From Haliotis rubra (taxonomy: Eukaryota): 64,000 nucleotides of DNA. Below, one piece after another: positions 27,401 through 43,518 of the stretch. The stretch lies in assembly GCF_003918875.1 (NCBI RefSeq), contig NW_025766892.1, forward strand, positions 620,001 through 684,000, given 5' to 3'. A program made the position numbers and the translations under genes. Numbering within the stretch: position 1 is the first letter of the stretch; each line of letters opens with the position of its first letter. The notes beneath the pieces are model-generated. The model was not told where the DNA came from. It made no database searches and saw nothing but the letters and a program-made list of their open reading frames with translations.

Positions 27401-30400
27401 ACATCTCTACATCCGGCTCCATCAGATACATACATCTGACATCAGTCCATCAGATATATCCCACATCAGTACATCAGATTCATCTCTCACATCAGTCCAT
27501 CAGGATACATCCTAGCCATCAGTCCATCAGATACATCTCACATCAGTCCATCAGATATCGCGACATCAGTCCATCAGGATACATCTCTCATCAGTCCATC
27601 AGATACATCGACATCAGTCCATCACATACATCGACATCAGTCTCATCAGAATCCATCCCACATCAGTCCATCGATACATCCCACATCGGTCCATCAGGGT
27701 GCATCTCACATCAGTCCATCAGATACATCCACATCAGTCCATCAGATCCATCCACATCAGTCCATCAGATACATCCACATCAGTTCATCATACATCTCAT
27801 CAGTCCATCCATACATCTCATCAAGTCCATCAGATATATCCATCAGTGTCAGATATCCTGACATCAGTCCATCAGATCATCTCATCAGTCCATCAGATAC
27901 ATCCTACATCCAGTCCATCAGATATATCTCATCAGTCCATCCAGATCCATCTCCACATCAGTCCATCAGATACATCCACATCAGTTCATCAGGTATCTCA
28001 TCAGTCCATCAGATATATCCCACATCAGTTCATCACATACATCTCACATCAGTCCATCACATACATCACATCAGTCCATCAGTCTCCATCAGGTCCTAGA
28101 TCATCTCATCAGTCCATCAGATACATCTGACATCGATCCATCAGATACATCTCACATCAGTCCATCAGATACATATCCTCTAAATCAGTCCATCAGATAC
28201 ATCTCACAAACATCCATCAGTCCATCAGATACATCTGACATCAGTCCATCAGATATATACCACATCCAGTCCATCAGATATATCTCACATCAGTCCATCA
28301 GATATATCTACCACATCAGTCCATCAGATACATCCCACATCAGTCCATCAGATACATCTACCACATCAGTCCATCAGATATATACTCTCATCAGTCCATC
28401 AGATACATCTCACATCAGTCCATCAGATACATCTCACATCATCCATCAGATCATCTCCATCAGTCCATCAGATATATCCCATCAGTCCATCAGATTCATC
28501 CCATCAGTCCATCATAATGCATCTCATCAGTCCATCAGATCATCTACATCAGTCCATCAGATCATCTCACATCAGTCCATCAGATATATCCATCGATCCA
28601 TCCACATCCATACATCAGTCCATCACATACATCTCATCAGTCCATCAGATCCATCCCACATCAGTGCATCAGATCATCTCACATCAGTCCATCAGTCCAT
28701 CAGTCCATCAGATACATGTCCATCACATACATCTCACATCAGTCCATCCCATATATATCCACATCAGTCCATCCATATATATACCACATCAGTTGACTAG
28801 ATATAATGCTAAGTCAGTCCATCCCATATATATCCAACATTGGTCCATCCCACATATATATACCACATCAGTCCAACCCATATATATATACCACTTCAGT
28901 CCATCCATATATAACATCAGTCCATCCCATATATATCCATCAGTCCATATATACCATATCAGTCCATCCCATATATCCATATATACCACATCAGTCCATC
29001 CATACATATATCAGTCCATCAGATACATCCATCGTAGTCCATCATATACATCACATCAGTCCATCCCATATATATCCATCAGATCAGTCCATCCCATATT
29101 TATACCAGATCAGTCCATCCCATATATATATACATCAGATCTGTCCATCCATATATATATCATCATCAGTCAACTACATATATACCACATCAGTCCATCC
29201 CATATATATCCACATCAGTCCATCAGATTTATATACATCAGTCCATCCCATATATATACCACATCAGTCCATCCCATATATATATCACATCAGTGCATTC
29301 CATATATATCACCACATCAGTCCATCATATATATACTCACATCAGTCCATCATATATATACCACATCAGTCCATCCATATATATATATCACATCAGTCCA
29401 TCCAGATATATCTCACATCGGTCCATCATATATATCTCACATCAGTCCATCCCATATATATATGCCATCAGTCAACTACATATATACCACATCAGTCCAT
29501 CCCATATATATACCACATCAGTCCATCCCATATATATACCACATCAGTCCATACCATATATATATACCACATCAGTCGACTACATATATACCATATCCCA
29601 TATATATACAACATTGGTCCATCCCATATATATCCAACATTGGTCCATCCCATATATATCCAACATTAGTCCATCCCATATATATACCACATCGGTCCAT
29701 CCCATACATATACCACATCAGTCCATCCCATATATATATACCACATCAGTCGACTACATATATACCACTCATCAGTCCATCCCATATATATACCACATCA
29801 GTCCATCCCATATATATACATCAGTCTATCACATATATATACCACATCAGTCCATCCCATATATATATACCACATCAGTCCATCCCATATATATACCACA
29901 TCGGTCCATCCCATATATATACCACATCAGTCTATCCCATATATATACCACATTGGTCCATCCCATATATATACCACATCAGTCAACTACATATATACCA
30001 CATCAGTCCATCCCATATATATACCACATCAGTCCATCCCATATATATACCACATCAGTCCATACCATACATATCCCATGTCAGTCCTTCCATTATACAT
30101 CTTACAACAACCCATCTGATACATCCCACATCAGTCCATCAGATATATCTCACATCAGTCCATCAGATATATCCCACATCCGTCCATCAGATATATCCCA
30201 CATCAGTCCATCAGATACAACTCACATCAGACCATCAGATATATCCCACATCAGTCCATCAGATATATCTCACATCAGTCATCAGATATATCTCACATCA
30301 GTCCATCAGATGCATCTCACATCAGTCCATCAGATACATCGCACATCAGTCATCAGATACATTGCACATCAGTCCATCAGATCCATCGCACATCAGTCCA

Positions 30401-33400
30401 TCAGAATATCCCACATCCGACTATCAGATATATCCCACATCAGTCCATCAGATATATCCCACACCAGTCCATCAGATATATCCCACATCAGTCCATCAGA
30501 TATATCTCACATCAGTCCATCAGATACATCTCACATCAGTCCATCAGATGCATCTCACAGGGATTTACAGGATGCGAATTCCTGCGTCCTATTTGCATAA
30601 AAATTGAGAATGGACACAACAAAATTGATGAGAGCATCCACAGGGACGCAGAAGTCAAAATACTTTTTGTAAAAATTCCAATCAAGTAACACTAAGCTAT
30701 CAAAGAGTTTGCTACTAGCTGGGTTATGGTATAATTTGCAATTCAATTACTGTAACAAATAAAGTGATGATCATGATACACAAGACAATAACAGTATTAA
30801 TGATAAAAATTTAAGTATCTGGACCCCAATTTTGTTGGCCAGGACCCCTGAAAATTAAGAGTGTGAGTCCCAGGGACCCTCAAAAACAGACCTCAAGGTA
30901 AAACCCTGATCTCGGTCATCAGTCCATCAGATATATCCCACATCAGTCCATCAGATATATCTCACATCAGTCCATCAGATATATCTCACATCAGTCCATC
31001 AGATATATCTCACATCAGTCCATCAGATATATCTCACATCAGTCCATCAGATACATCTCACATCAGTCCATCAGATGCATCTCACAGGGATTTACAGGAC
31101 GCAAATTCCTGCGTCCATATTTGCATAAAATTGATCAATGGACACAACAAAATTCCATCAGAGCATCCACACATCAGTCCATCAGATATATTGCACATCA
31201 GTCCATCAGATACATCGCACATCAGTCCATCAGATCATATCCCACATCCGATCCACATCATCAGATATATCCATCAGTCCATCAGATATATCCCACATCA
31301 GTCCATCAGATACATCCCACATCAGTCCATCAGATATATCTCACATCAGTCCATCAGATACATCTCACATCAGTCCATCAGATATATCTCACATCAGTCC
31401 ATCAGATATATCTCACATCAGTCCATCAGATACATCTCACATCAGTCCATCAGATATATCTCACATCAGTCCATCAGATACATCTCACATCAGTCCATCA
31501 GATACATCCCACATCAGTCCATCAGATCGCCATCACATCAGTCCATCAGATCATCACATCAGTCCCATATACATCTCCACATCAGTCCATCAGATATATC
31601 TCACATCAGTCCATCAGATACATCTCACATCAGTCCATCAGATACATCTAACATCAGTCCATCAGATACAGCTCACATCAGTCCATCAGATATATCTCAC
31701 ATCAGTCCATCAGATACATCCCACATCAGTCCATCAGATATATCCCACATCAGTCCATCAGATATATCCCACATCAGTCCATCAGATATATCCCACATCC
31801 CTCTATCAGATACATCTCACATCAGTAAACAGATATATCCCACATCAGTCCATCAGATACATCTCACATCAGTCCATCAAACATTTTCCACATCAGTCCA
31901 TCAGATATCTCTACAAATGGGGATGATTCTGCTAATACAAGGTTATGCAATAATTATTCTAAAATGTGGTTGAAAAACTGCTTTAGGATATAATTTTGAC
32001 ATACTCTTGATAAGTTTTTTTTAAATTCCATGTTCTTATCTCTACAATGTAGATGTGAGGACACTTTTTAGAAACCCACTCTAAATCATGTTCCTTTGAT
32101 GCCTTCAATCTTTAACCTGAGAGAGATTAGCAAATCATTGAATTCAGTGTTTACAAGAGCAGTACTCACTATTTGAATATTGCTGGACCAGCCATTGAAT
32201 CCCAGATAGTAGCTGGCTAGTTCCTGACACTTGACCAGTGAGAGAGTAGTGATCTGGTTATCTCCCTTTCTTCTCTTTGCAAATGCTACCTACACAATAT
32301 AGGTGGAGAGTGTAACAAAGCCAGGATACAACAACATGCAGCTGCATGAACAGAAGTACCTCAAACCTAGCAGACTGGGAAAATATCATTACTCTACTTT
32401 TTAATCCTCTCAATGCTACTTTCGAACCCAATCGACAGGAGAGAAGCATAATGACATCCCCAAATAAAACTTGCAATAATTATTCAACAAGTCGGATTTA
32501 TGTGTTATTTGAATTATGTATGGAATGCAGTAATTCTCATCTTTCTAAATATATCATCTTCAATTAGTCTATGTACCTTAAAATGAAACGCCTGCAAATT
32601 AAATATGTGTTCGCCAAATGTCTCGGCACACAGCCGCAAATAATAAATCATGTATTTTATTCCGCAAGTTTTATGATATGACATGTTGGAATAAACATTA
32701 CAGTGTCATTTGAATAAGATATATGATGACATTGAAAATACAATTTGTTTACGACGAACGTTTTCGATTATTTCTTTTCAGAAATGTTTTAAGTTGCTGT
32801 CACGCTGATATTTGCAGATACAAATATACGAATTTAAAGCCAGATAATTCTGAGATATCGGAAATAAGAAATAAAGGATATTAAAATAGATTTTCACTAA
32901 TTTAACTATTTATTCAGGTTCCTTATACGATACGCATTCAACTGTCAATCAAGGAATTCAGGTAAGTTCAGCAAAATTGACACAGGGCAAGTGACTTTAA
33001 GAAAGTAACTTGTCCTGACTAATTTTCCACTTGCCGAGATTTTATGAAATAATAATGATGATGTAATTATGAAAGAATAAATCAACACGGTATTTGATGT
33101 TAATGTTCAATGGACTATTTATTGAAAAGTGATAAATAGCAAAGAAAGATAACTCTACTTTATTATCATTGCGAAATGTGACATTTAGCTACATTTTGAG
33201 CAGATATGAAATTAAATCCAAGTTTATTTGCAGTTTGAAACCATAAGTGGAAATTATCTAGTAGCCCACGGACAAGTAGATACCATTATTTGATTGCCTG
33301 AAATGAAAACTGACTTGTCCCGGGCCCCGGGGCGATGGGATTTTTGAACCCCTGATTATTTATGTTTGCCTTGTCATTAATGTTTGAAATTATCAGGATA

Positions 33401-35594
33401 TTTTTGGATAATAATGTTTATTATTCTATTTAGTATTAATGTGCCAAATATTTTTTCTGTTGTCCCTTATTTAATGACACACCGACTGCTTGAAATCACC
33501 CACCCTCTTCACAACGCCTTATGTTGAAATGAATTCAGCAGGCTAAAGGATAAAAACTGAGAAAGAATATTCATGTCATTACACAAAGCATGAGACTGCA
33601 TAAAAATACCATTGTAACATTCTTTAAGAAGTTTATTGTTCTCAGCTCTAAACACACAAACAATCTCACATTTTCAAAACGATTTTGTGATATTGTCTCA
33701 AGAAATAGTTGGTTATTGACTCTCATTTTAGTGGTGGATGGGTATAACTTGGGTAAAATGAAAAGTGATTATATATCCAAGAAGCCCACACATTCATGAA
33801 TCAAACACATCTGAGTCTTACTTAGAAACCCTGAAATATTATTAAATATTTATTGAATCATTCAGTATGTGTGTCTGCAAAATACCTTAAAAAATGGAGT
33901 AACGAAAAACCACTGTACCTTGCAGATGCTGCTTCCAACAGACAGCCTGTTGTTCAACTCAGCCTTAGCCCTCGCGGCTGACCTGTAGGAGTAGAACTTA
34001 ACAAAGGCATAAAACCCAGGGGATTCAGAAACTTGACGTCTGCCACAACTTCCAGCAGTGGGGAATATCTGGACTTCATACAACAGGCCATACTTGGAGA
34101 ATGTAGCGTAAAGCAGGTCCTGAAATATAAGCATCATGTCACAGTGGCGATACTGAGATACCATACCCTGAGCTGCCCTATGTGCTTATGAGCAGTGAGT
34201 GAGTTTGGTTTTAAGCCGCTTTTAGCAATATTCCAGCAATATCACGGCGGGGCACACCAGAAATGAGCTTCACACATTGTACCCATGTGGGGAATCGAAC
34301 CCGGGTCTTCAGCGTGATGAGTGAACGCTTTAACCATCAGGCTAGCCCATCGCCCCTCCTATGAGCAGGGGGACATGGGCTGCTATTTTGGTGATCTGGA
34401 AAAAAGTCATAGGAAAAAAAGTCATGGAAAAAAAGTCATGGGAAACTATTATAAATCATCCTGTTCTCACGTTATTTACTTTGTTTATAGTGTATTTTAT
34501 AAATACTAGTTCACTTTATCTTTAGTAATAAAACTATCCTGTTCTCCAACAGTTTTTAAACCTAATTCAACAACAACTGTTATAATAAGGCCTGTTCTCT
34601 ATTGACTTTGTTTATACTGTCTTTCATAAATACTATTTCACTTTCAACTTCAAATAATCTTCAGTAATAAAAACATCCTGTTCTCCAGTTATTTGCCAAT
34701 ACGAATTCAACAACAATTGTTATAAAAAAGGTCTTGTTCTCTAGTTATTTATAAAAACTATTTCACTTTCAGATTAATTATTCCTTTCTGTGTGATGTGT
34801 AAGCAATTGGATCTTATCAAAACAGGAGAAATGAACATATTATAAATCATTAAGTTCCAACAGGATTATGGGATTAAAAGTCACGAGTCATATGATTGTT
34901 TAACTTGCTTTGAGTTGATATGAAAGAACTCATGGGATTATCAGTTCATACTTTTACTCAAATAAATACATTATCAATACTGACTTTTTTGTAGTCTGTT
35001 TTGCCACCAATGCCAGGTGATCAAGAAGCTGGTCTACCATTAATTATCATACTTTAGTGTTACGTGGACAGGGATTGTTCCCGTACGGGTTATAGCTAAA
35101 ACGGCACCACAGCAGAACGTCACCAAATTTGTCTGGCGAAAACGGCTACTGATTTATGAGCTAAAACGGCACCATATATAAAACAACAGCACCGTCTACT
35201 GTAGTAACCATTAGACCACTTGGAGCTCGCATGAATACTGACTGACTGTGTGAGTTTGGTTACCAATGTGGAGATTCGAACCCGGGTCTTCGGCGTGACG
35301 AGCCAACGCTTTAACCACTAGGCTACCCCACCGCCCCTCTCGCACGTACTGTTCAATTAATGATAAATTGCTGTCAACATCAATATGTGCCAGAATGACT
35401 TTGTTGTATATCTAACTGGCGTCATCTAACAAACTATATTTTAGATTTACGACTGACGAAATAAATGTATATTCATATATCAACATTTCCGCTCTTACAT
35501 AAACATGAAGTTCATCTTGTGGTGAAATGTTGGTCACAAACAGGTTCTTTCTGTTGCATGTTGGAACTGTAAACTCAATTATTTCAACATTCAT
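15473..35594 (-). CDS. RDM1: RAD52 motif-containing protein 1 (RRM plus RAD52-like motif), 6 coding exons, 280 aa
   Basis: Exons on minus strand, all GT-AG with compatible phases: 35594-35499 (MNVEIIEFTVP..), 34119-33919 (DLLYATFSKYGLLYEVQIFP..PGFYAFVKFYS, RRM), 32289-32170 (..KCQELASYYLGFNGWS..), 25627-25486 (..KIKYFCSVRLDL..DGIG..), 25072-24885 (..KTAHKRAMENAFSKLVIISLSNGKVSVE..), 15568-15473 (acidic tail, TGA). Motifs match vertebrate RDM1 as recalled (FSQFGLLYSV, PGFYAVIKFYS, KCQELANYYFGFNG, AFQKLLIVVLESGK). Confidence 0.9.
16578..17046 (+). mobile_element. Third copy of the Gypsy LTR, followed by PBS and ~130 nt of leader
   Basis: Same sequence and same left flank (GTATTAG|TGTGAAGAG) as the LTR at 18433; part of the 15006-19029 tandem duplication. 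Confidence 0.9.
18905..18922 (+). promoter_or_regulatory. Primer-binding site complementary to a tRNA-Leu 3' end
   Basis: TGGTGTCAGAAGTGGGAT directly after the 5' LTR; reverse complement ATCCCACTTCTGACACCA is the 3' end of metazoan tRNA-Leu(CAG/CAA). Confidence 0.8.
19196..23517 (+). pseudogene. Frameshifted gag-pol of the Gypsy element
   Basis: CCHC knuckle CWTCGQLGHMQRNC (~20043-20084), protease LIDTGAQVS (~20243), RT YLDDILIF (21601), RNase H DASHDGLGAVLSQ (~22096), integrase LHSDQG (~22858). Broken by numerous indels. Confidence 0.9.
25208..25375 (-). mobile_element. SINE family A copy in RDM1 intron 4
   Basis: Full-length reverse copy flanked by TCTTTGTTAGA direct repeat. Confidence 0.85.
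25650..31910. repeat. ~6.3-kb satellite array with 24-26 bp units (core CACATCAGTCCATC) in RDM1 intron 3
   Basis: Two subtypes, CACATCAGTCCATCCCATATATATAC and CACATCAGTCCATCAGATA(T/C)ATC(T/C), arranged in blocks A-B-A-B. Confidence 0.95.
30558..30908. mobile_element. MITE (hAT-like TIRs) inserted in the satellite; truncated second copy at ~31085-31155
   Basis: Ends CAGGGATTTAC and GTAAAACCCTG; non-satellite interior. Confidence 0.6.
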
Positions 35595-37437
<1,843 letters not shown>

Positions 37438-37516
37438 GTGTGTATCCAAACTATGCAAGGTTGATAAAACAGTGAAACACTGAATTTGTATGCATGCCAT
37501 GCATGGCTCATAAAAG

Positions 37517-38916
37517 GGTGTCCTCCCATTACGCAGACAGCCAGTTCGCAGACACCTTAAAACAACAACATTTACGGGTCAATGAACAGATGAGCAACTA
37601 CCTGTTACCTACACATTATAATCGAATAGTCCAAATAAAAACACCAAAAAAATCTAATATTTATTTGATAACAAGAATATAATATTTTTCAAATAACAAT
37701 GCATAATAGTAGCACAGTAGCTTCAAGTAGATATATCTTTGACATAGCAATATTTTTCTGTATTTATAGATCTAATTAAAGCTTAGTTATAGCAAGTCCA
37801 GTAAAGTTCATGTCTTGTTAGCCAAGTTTTATGAGGTTGGCCACCGCATCTAGGAACTGAAGAGGAGTTTCGCCACGCGACTCAGTGTGTCTTTGAGCCT
37901 CAGGATCCTGTTGTCGATCTCTCTGTAGACTTCGCTTGCGACTTGGAGGAGCAGCCCCAAAGTCGAATTGTCTCAGCTTGGCTCTGTCAGCCATCTCGAT
38001 CCTCGAATTACTTCCACAAAGCGGAAATATGTTGGGGTGGCGGTGTGGAAGAGATCTGTTCTTCCGACTGTGGAAACCTTCCAAGTTGTTGTTGGTCCTT
38101 GGTCCTACAGTGTTGTGATGGTTCCAAAGTGACAGTGGGAATCGGGCATCATAGTCCACCCATGTGGCGACCATGTAATCCTTGAAGTCCTCAATGCGCG
38201 GTCAGAGGCTGGGGAGGAGTCCATGGCATCAATCCAGGTGTCTGTGCTCTGTCTGTGTTGAATGAAGTCTCCGACAGTTGAACACCTCCCGATGCAGGTC
38301 TTGACGATGCATCTCCAGTGGGTGCAGGTCTGTCTGACCTTATTTCTGGTGTAAACATAACCATCCAGAACAATTTGAGGGCCCCTCTCTGTGACATTAG
38401 ATACTCCACTCTCCGCACTCCAGCCATATTTATATAGAACATATATACTTTTCACCATTTTATATATTTGTTGAGTCAAATTTAAAATTAGTCTATTGAT
38501 AAAATTAATTAATTAATCCTTGTTTTAAAAACAGATGTAAAACTCTCTTAAGATCTTTCCTCATTCAAAGATCAATTGATACTAAAAACAAAGTGAGGAG
38601 AGAAGACAGATTATCATTAATCGGGCGTGACCATGTTCTGTGTAAACACAGTGACAAACCTCTATTCGATAGTAATTGATAGTAAAAACAACTTCGAGAA
38701 GAAAAAACAGATTATCATTTACTTACAACAAAGTTTTATTTACACTCAACCAAACCAAGCTTCTCCATAACGAACCTCAGCCTCCTCCACCTCCTCCACT
38801 CACTAGACTGTGGACTGTTCCATTATACCCGTAGGTGTTACCCTAATTAACCTTCTTGCTCAGTGTCTGCCAACTGGGTGTCTGCCAACTGGGTGTCTGT
38901 CAAATGGGAGATAACC
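37517..38916 (-). mobile_element. Internally deleted MULE/MuDR-type DNA transposon (FLYWCH finger plus C-terminal transposase fragment) in VCPKMT intron 3
   Basis: 8-bp TSD CATAAAAG (37509-37516, 38917-38924); imperfect TIRs GGTGTCCTCCCATT.. and ..AATGGGAGATAACC; FLYWCH-like DGYVY..THWRCIVKTC.GRC; MULE C-terminal LWNHH..PRTNNNLEGFHS..HPNIF. Confidence 0.85.
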
Positions 38917-39299
38917 CATAAAAGTAATGCACTGATCCTGTCCTCATCCCATGCAAGAAGTGGAACATTGAATTTGTGTGTATGCCGAGCATGTCTGCTA
39001 AAATGTGAAACAGAAAATTACACTGTGTGTCATGATACATAGTTAAAGAGACAGATCAGGGAACTGACTTGTTATGATAGGCTACTCAAAAAGTTATGTG
39101 ATTTTAGCCCACTAGCTCACAAATCAGGCATAAACGACTTTTTCTTGCCCAATTGCAATAATGTTGAATGAGGCAGTGCTCAACAGATTGGTGCCAGTGT
39201 CCTGTAAAGTCTGACATTTTGTATTTGTAAGTATTTGAGTCAGCAGTTGCCCTAAATGTTTATGACAATTTCAATGAAATTTGCCATCTCTGTGGTCAA

Positions 39300-40883
39300 C
39301 CACTACAGTGTTGTGTTGCTATGAGCAGAGGGATCTGGGCAATAGAAAAGCTACAGCTGGAGAAAAAAATTCTTCCAGGTGTGTATCCAAACTATGCAAG
39401 GTTGATAAAACAGTGAAACACTGAATTTGTATGCATGCCATGCATGGCTCATAAAAGGGTGTCCTCCCATTACGCGATAGCCAGTCTGCAGACACCTTTA
39501 AACAACAACATTTACGGTCAATGAACAGATGAGCAACTACCTGTTACCTACACATTACTATAATCAATAGTCCAAATAAAAACACCAAAAATCTTAATAT
39601 CATTTGATAACAAGAATATAATATTTTCAAATAACAATGCATAATAGTAGCACAGTAGCTTTCCAAGGATATATCTTTGACATAGCAATATTTTCTCTGC
39701 ATTTATAGATCTAATTCAAAGCTTAGTTATAGCAAGTCCAGTAAAGTTCATGTCTTGTTAGCCAAGTTTTATGAGGTTGGCCACCGCATCTAGGAACTTC
39801 GAAGAGAGCTTCGCCACGCACTCAGTGTGTCTTTGAGCCCTTGCGGGATCCTGTTGTCGACATCTCTCTGTAGACTGGGCTGGCGACTTGGAGGAGCAGC
39901 CCCAAAGTCGAATTGTCTCAGCTTGGCTCTTCCTGTCAGCTATCTCGATCCTCCACTACTTCCACAAAGCCGAAATATGCTAGTGGCGGTGTAAGAGATC
40001 TGTTCTTCACTGTGGAAACCTTCCGCTGTTGTTGGTCCTTGGTCCTACAGTGCTGTGATGGTTCCAAAGTGACAGTGGGAATCGGGCATCATAGTTCACC
40101 CATGTGACGCACTCATGTAATCCTTCTTGAAGTCCTCAATGTCAGAGGGGCTGGGGAGGAGTCCATGGCATCAATCCAGGTGTCTGTGCTCTACATCTGT
40201 GTTCGAATGAAGTCTCCGACAGTTGAACACCTCCCCGCGGCAGGTCTCTTGACGATGCATCTCCAGTGGGTGCAGGTCTGTCTGACCTTATTTCTGGTGT
40301 GTAAACATAACCATCCAGAACAATTTGAGGGCCCCTCTCTGTGAGACATTAGATACTCCACTCCTCGCACTCCAGCCATATTTATATAGAACATATATAT
40401 TTTCACCATTTTATATATTTGTTGAGTCAAATTTAAAATTAGTCTATTGATAAAATTAATTAATTAATCCTTGTTTTAAAACAGATGTAAAACTCTCTTA
40501 AGATCTTTCCTCATTCAAAGATCAATTGATACTAAAACAAAGTGAGGAGAGAAGACAGATTATCATTAATCGGCTTTACTCATGTTCTTGTGTAAACATT
40601 AAAGTGACAAACCTCTATCTCGATAGTAATTGATAGTAAAACAACTCTCGAAGAAAAACAGATTATCATTTACTTACAACAAAGTTTTATTTACACTAAC
40701 CAAACCAAGCTTCTCCATAATCTAACCTCAGCCTCCTCCACCTCCCTCCACTCACTAGACTGTGGACTGTTCCATTATACCCAGAGGTGTTACCCCACTA
40801 ACCTTCTTGCTCAGTGTCTGCCAACTGGGTGTCTGCCAACTGTGTCTGTCAGGAGATAACTCCAAAGTAATGCACTGATCCTG
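39300..40883. repeat. Noisy tandem duplicate of ~37363-38941 (part of VCPKMT exon 3 plus the MULE element)
   Basis: Collinear with 37363-38941, differing mainly by 1-3 nt indels. Confidence 0.9.
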
Positions 40884-42480
40884 TAGAACAACACATTTAT
40901 ATTTGGACACTTATCAACAAAGAAGGACGAAAGCAGGTCTTCAGGACTGTCATGATCGTACTAATGCTGACATTTCCCTTATCCTGTAAAAACATTCCAG
41001 TACACACCAGTGAGGGCCGTAAGATAAAGCCGTGGTCAACTGTCTACTGCCAATATGAGGGCAATAAAGTTAAGCTGGTGTCTGGCTCAGTGACTTTGTT
41101 GATCATATATCATCACATCAAACAGCAGGGTGTGTGAGAAGCTCATACTATCAACCACATTTAATCTGATCTAGACTGAGTATGAATGTGACCAGCTGGT
41201 ATAGATTACAGTAATTCAAAGAGTTATGTACCTACTCACGTGGCAGGAATTAGTCATCATTAGTTTGAATCCTATTTTTAACCAACTTATGATCTGTGGT
41301 TTGTTTTCTTACCATGCACCCGATTTTTAAGGACTTTAAGCAGTTATAAATGTAACAAACGTAACTACGGATGCCTCGCCATCGGTGAACTGTTGAAAGT
41401 AAATAAAAACTAATTATGTGTTTTAGCGAATAGACTGAAGCGAAAATGCAACGGACTTGTTTTGTCATGTCATTCGCGATTATGTTCAACAAAGCGGGAT
41501 TGACTAAAGCAGATTATAATTGTATACAAAGTCCTGCTTTGTAATGTATACGAGGAAAATTTGCAATGCACGTATTTGTTTCACGCTTTTGAACCCTCAA
41601 GTGGTGAGTGAGTTTAGATTTTGCTGAAGATTAGATTTCTAAGCGGATCTTCATGGGTATGAACTCTCATGGGACAATATCATAATTCATCATGATGATG
41701 ATCCATGATCTAGTGGATAGAATATGCACAGGAGCCAAGTGTCTAATCATACTGAAATAATATTTCTACAACCTAACATCTTGGTAGCAGGTTTAGCTTG
41801 TTGGTTAAAGCATTGACCCATTGAATATCATTCAATATCTTTGCACTCATATTATTAGGAGTGTGGTGATGAACATGCATGTGTTTTTGTGGCTGCATGA
41901 ACTTATCGCGGGTACTTTTAGTGCTAGCTCACTGAGATACTGCAGTTTAACATGTGTGCCTAACTCACAAGCGATACTCCTAACTCCTAGCCGAGCAGTC
42001 CCTTGTTTTTCGTTTTAATGAAGTGTGCCAAGCAGGCTCTTTTTCATGTTAGTGTAGAACCTCATGTAAATAAAATTAATTTTATATGTTTTGATGTATT
42101 TTCCATTGGTCTGTTAATCGACTGTTGTGAAGAACGTGAAGAGAATGGCTTCTAATTATTTTACTCTGTCTATTAATGATACAAGAATTACCAAAGTAAC
42201 ACATCTTGTTCTTGAAATTTAAAGTTCCAATCTGGTAAAATGTTTACGGCAACTGAAGCACATTATATTATCCTTGTTTCCACTAACAAACCATTTAACA
42301 AACATACACATTTATTTTCATACACATTATCTACAATTCCAATGAAAATATTTATATCTTACAAAATGAGGGAGAGTAAACCTTGTGGATGAATAGTAAA
42401 ACTACTACTGTTTCTGCCAGAACATCTAAAATGACTCCTCGTAAAATCTTTATACATGTGATGGTATTACAAATAAACTT

Positions 42481-43102
42481 TTATTCCATATCTGTAAGCC
42501 AAACCTGAGTGCACTTATATCGAAATGTTCCTGTCCATGTTCAAGGCTTTCTGTATCAATGGAAATTCCTCGGCTCCTTCCATCCCTTGAAGAGAAATGT
42601 TTTACATTTTAGCCACATATAGGTGACTGAAATAAGGTCTCCTCGCCCAAATCCATACTACCAGAAACATTTTGAAATATACTACTACAACTTTGATGGG
42701 TATACATTTATGTATCAACAAATAACAGAAATACCCTTGTCAATAGTAGTATTATGCATGGTCTCTTCCAGAAAATGTGAGACTAATGTTTTTTTACATT
42801 CAATTTGACAAATTGTTGCCAAACTGAAAATATTACAACAAATTATGACTTCTTACTTGTTTTCAACAAACTGTCCTTCATAAAATGATCCATTGGGCCA
42901 GACATATTTTCCGGTTCCATGAAACTGGTTGTTGTTGAACTCGCCAATGTACACACTGCCAGATGGATGGGTCAGCTTCCCTTGACCATTCATCTTGTCC
43001 CCTGCCCACTGGTCCTTCAAGTACACCACACCCTCTGTTATTGTGTGAGTGCCCTCCCATTCCGGCTCCAGGGCACCAGCCTCAGCCTTGCTGTACTTCC
43101 AT
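42481..43102 (-). pseudogene. MORN2: Second, indel-riddled copy of MORN2 exons 3-4 (duplicate or assembly artefact)
   Basis: 42856-43102 and 42481-42586 align to 45346-45590 and 44976-45081 with many 1-2 nt indels. Exons 1-2 are not duplicated. Confidence 0.75.
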
Positions 43103-43518
43103 CTATCAATGCAAGGAGGTTACGGCCATAGCAGCATTGCAGCTCAGCACCAACCACATAGCACATATTGTCTAATGTAAATAACCCTGATGGCTAAAAA
43201 CACTTTTCAGGTAATTTGGAAGCAAATATATCCAATGTTAATATCATCCATTGTTACAAGCAATGAGGCATTAGTGGAACAACAATATTTTATCACTGAT
43301 GACATAGTGTGGAAATTAGCTTGTTTATTCCCGATTGTTGACTGGATCTTCACAAGCGATCACTCATCAAAACGAATGTTATGGTGAGTTTCATTGTCAA
43401 GTTCAGTAAAACCAGATCACACCTAACAGAATAACGATAATTGAATAAAACCTCATATTTTTGCTAAAAGATACAGACCTCAGTCTTCCATTTTATCCCC
43501 AACCAAATAGTTATTTAA

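Noticed and set aside
25669-31973. Long His/Ile/Ser/Pro-rich ORFs (up to 696 aa)
   Set aside because: Translations of a stop-poor satellite, open in several frames at once, inside an RDM1 intron on the opposite strand.
42481-43102. Functional MORN2 paralogue
   Set aside because: Lacks exons 1-2 and promoter, has multiple frameshifts, and is probably an assembly duplicate.
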